A DNA stretch of 64,000 nucleotides from a virus (taxonomy: Duplodnaviria; Caudoviricetes), in IMG/VR virus record IMGVR_UViG_3300031134_000004, positions 160,655 to 224,654 of that record. One strand, given 5' to 3'. Below the pieces are notes generated by a model. That model searched no databases and was not told where the DNA came from. It was given only the letters and a program-made list of their open reading frames with translations. Numbering within the stretch: the first letter of the stretch is position 1; the number at the start of each line of letters is the position of its first letter. Positions 61,920 to 64,000 of the stretch are shown here, piece after piece. Both the position numbers and the translations under genes were made by a program.

Positions 61920-64000
61920 ATGACTGAATACCTTGTTGACCATGCAGTGAAGAACGTATGGTGCACACCGAATCAGGATCGGCAATCGCGCATTAAGGCG
62001 GTCAAGCTGACAGGGTATGGTGGCGCATGGAATTCACTGCGTGTGCTGCGTCGTACCATTTCTTTGCCGGAAGCAGGGCCACGTTTTCATGTCTACCAAA
62101 TTGGTAGCTTGGCACCATTCTTGCTCGGCCTTCTTGACTCGCACCGTAAATGGACGAGTCTGGCGCAAGCATGTAGTGCATCGAACATGGTGGCTAATGT
62201 CTACGTCAAGTCGGGTTTGCAATTGATGCTCTCCCAAGTGTGGTACATGATCACGCCTGAAAAGGACTTGATCTTGGCAGTAAAAGAACCAAACAAAATT
62301 CCAGTGGACTTAAACACCGAGGACTTGTTCTTGCGTGTCTACAGTAACGCCTACTTTAACAAGTCGCGTAACGCACTGGTGGATGATTCGATCAAAGTGA
62401 TCAGTAGCATCCCGCGCAATACCCAAGAGATCTTGGCACTGCAAAAGCAGTATGCGGCGTTTGCCGCTAAGCCAGGTGTGGTGACGGTGACGATCAATGG
62501 TGTCATTCGTCCTAAGGTGGATTTGGTCTCCATCGCAATCGGTGACAACGTGGAGTTTCTCTACGATAGTTCGGTAAGCATGACGGTGGATTTGCCACTG
62601 GCGAATTTGCCGTACTTTACCAGTACCTTGGACAAGAAGCAAAAGTACCTGCTGCATTATCCAGGCAACGGTAGCATGATCATCGATTACTTCGACGACA
62701 TCGACCTGTTCTTGATTAAGCCAGAACAAAACGGCCAGTACGCTGGTCTCTATTACCACTACAATGCTGAAGACGCTATCCGTATGGTCACGCACAAAGA
62801 CTATGCGGTGCCGGTGCCTTATGTGCACGCTTACCTTAACGGCCCGACTGGTTGGGAAAATAAAGATGAGCTGATGATTCGCATGGTGGTGCGTAAAGCT
62901 GGTTACGACCGTCCGCTCGTGGAAGAAAATAGCCGTATCAAAGAACTGTACAAGTTGCCTGACGGGGTGCTCATCGACGCCATGATTGGTCTGGACGCTG
63001 TGGTGCCGCATTGGACAGCAGCTGCACTGGAAGCATCGGCTTACACCGACTTGATGCGTGCTGACATTACCGAGATCAATAAGCAATTGGTCGAAGACGC
63101 TTACGGCTACAACGCCATCAGTAAGCTCATCGGCGATACCCCGCAACAAGTTACCTCGATCAATGGCCGACAAGGTGCGCGTGTTCCGTACGTCTTGCAA
63201 CGCCAGTCGACAGCGTACGAGTACGACGGCAATGGTTACCTGATTGGTTGGTACGACCACCCAGTCGGTCCTGTGTATTTCACGGTCAACGCCAATGCAA
63301 CGCTCGTTGAATTTGTCTCCGGCAGTACTCGCACAGGTCTGGATGATGTCTACGGTCAAGCAACCCAAACGCTGGACTTGAAGAATGACTACCGGATGTA
63401 CGTGTGTGATGTAACGCGTGGGGCGGCGAGTAACAAGTGGCGTGACGTCACTGGTAGCGGTCTGTACGCTGTTGTGGGTAACAAGCTCACCTGGTTCACT
63501 GACCCGACCAAACTCTATACCTTGGTGCGCAGCAATGCCCGCAACCATGGTTACGACGTGGGTCTGTCGATGCGGGACGGTATGTTGAAGTTTGCACTGA
63601 ACCAACACCAGATCCGTAAAGGGGAAGAGTCGCTGTGGGTCGCCCAAGTACCACAAGGCGAATACGACTTCTGGCTCAATGGTCGCAGCTTGATTGAAGG
63701 AATTGACTTCATCTTCAATTTCCCAGAGGTCGTCATCATCAGTAAGCGGCACTTGGTCAATGCAAGTGTGGGTACGCAAAAGCTCACCGTTCGCGGTACG
63801 GGTTTTTGTGATGCGAACTTCGGGCGTGTCAAAGCGCTGGACGTGGGTTACGTAGCTTACGGCGTCTTGTCACACAACAAGCGTTACAATCTGCGGGACG
63901 ACAAAGTCAACCGTATCGTGGTGGCAGGCAAAACCATGCATCGTAGTAGCTTGAAGTTCAGTGAAAACGATCCAACGGTCACGGTGCCCAATGCTGCCAA
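61920..64000 (+). CDS. Large phiKZ-like virion/baseplate protein, runs off the window end (absent from the ORF track)
   Basis: Manual translation MTEYLVDHAVKNVWCTPNQDRQ...FHVYQIG; same frame reads LKFSENDPTVTVPNAA at the window end; middle not checked codon by codon. Confidence 0.8.
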   Translation, partial: MTEYLVDHAVKNVWCTPNQDRQSRIKAVKLTGYGGAWNSLRVLRRTISLPEAGPRFHVYQIGSLAPFLLGLLDSHRKWTSLAQACSASNMVANVYVKSGLQLMLSQVWYMITPEKDLILAVKEPNKIPVDLNTEDLFLRVYSNAYFNKSRNALVDDSIKVISSIPRNTQEILALQKQYAAFAAKPGVVTVTINGVIRPKVDLVSIAIGDNVEFLYDSSVSMTVDLPLANLPYFTSTLDKKQKYLLHYPGNGSMIIDYFDDIDLFLIKPEQNGQYAGLYYHYNAEDAIRMVTHKDYAVPVPYVHAYLNGPTGWENKDELMIRMVVRKAGYDRPLVEENSRIKELYKLPDGVLIDAMIGLDAVVPHWTAAALEASAYTDLMRADITEINKQLVEDAYGYNAISKLIGDTPQQVTSINGRQGARVPYVLQRQSTAYEYDGNGYLIGWYDHPVGPVYFTVNANATLVEFVSGSTRTGLDDVYGQATQTLDLKNDYRMYVCDVTRGAASNKWRDVTGSGLYAVVGNKLTWFTDPTKLYTLVRSNARNHGYDVGLSMRDGMLKFALNQHQIRKGEESLWVAQVPQGEYDFWLNGRSLIEGIDFIFNFPEVVIISKRHLVNASVGTQKLTVRGTGFCDANFGRVKALDVGYVAYGVLSHNKRYNLRDDKVNRIVVAGKTMHRSSLKFSENDPTVTVPNAA

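Overview
The window is a continuous, densely coding segment of a phiKZ-like jumbo phage genome (nucleus-forming Chimalliviridae-type, inferred from gene content), covering much of the virion and late module. Hallmark genes are three split virion RNA polymerase subunits (beta N-terminal, beta C-terminal, beta-prime with DFDGD), a prohead protease, tail sheath and tube, a 2330-aa tape-measure/lytic transglycosylase, a central spike with an HxH apex, an SbcC/Rad50 ATPase, RNase H, a UvsX/RecA-like protein and DHFR. It also holds a tail-fibre cluster, a candidate holin plus secreted transglycosylase, and a separate candidate spanin pair. Small accessory genes include MazG-like, SLOG, DUF1653, NADAR-like, DUF488-like and a stand-alone ligase domain Ia protein. 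I found no tRNA, rRNA, CRISPR array, integrase, transposase, intron or intein. The most striking unexplained signals are: a family of about 11 intergenic hairpins flanked by CG(G/T)CATA and/or TATG(C/A)C(G); a 215-nt highly structured intergenic RNA candidate at 30531-30745; and unusual insertion architectures in three putative receptor-binding proteins. All family calls come from motif recognition by eye, not database searches. Start codons were adjusted using visible RBS motifs.
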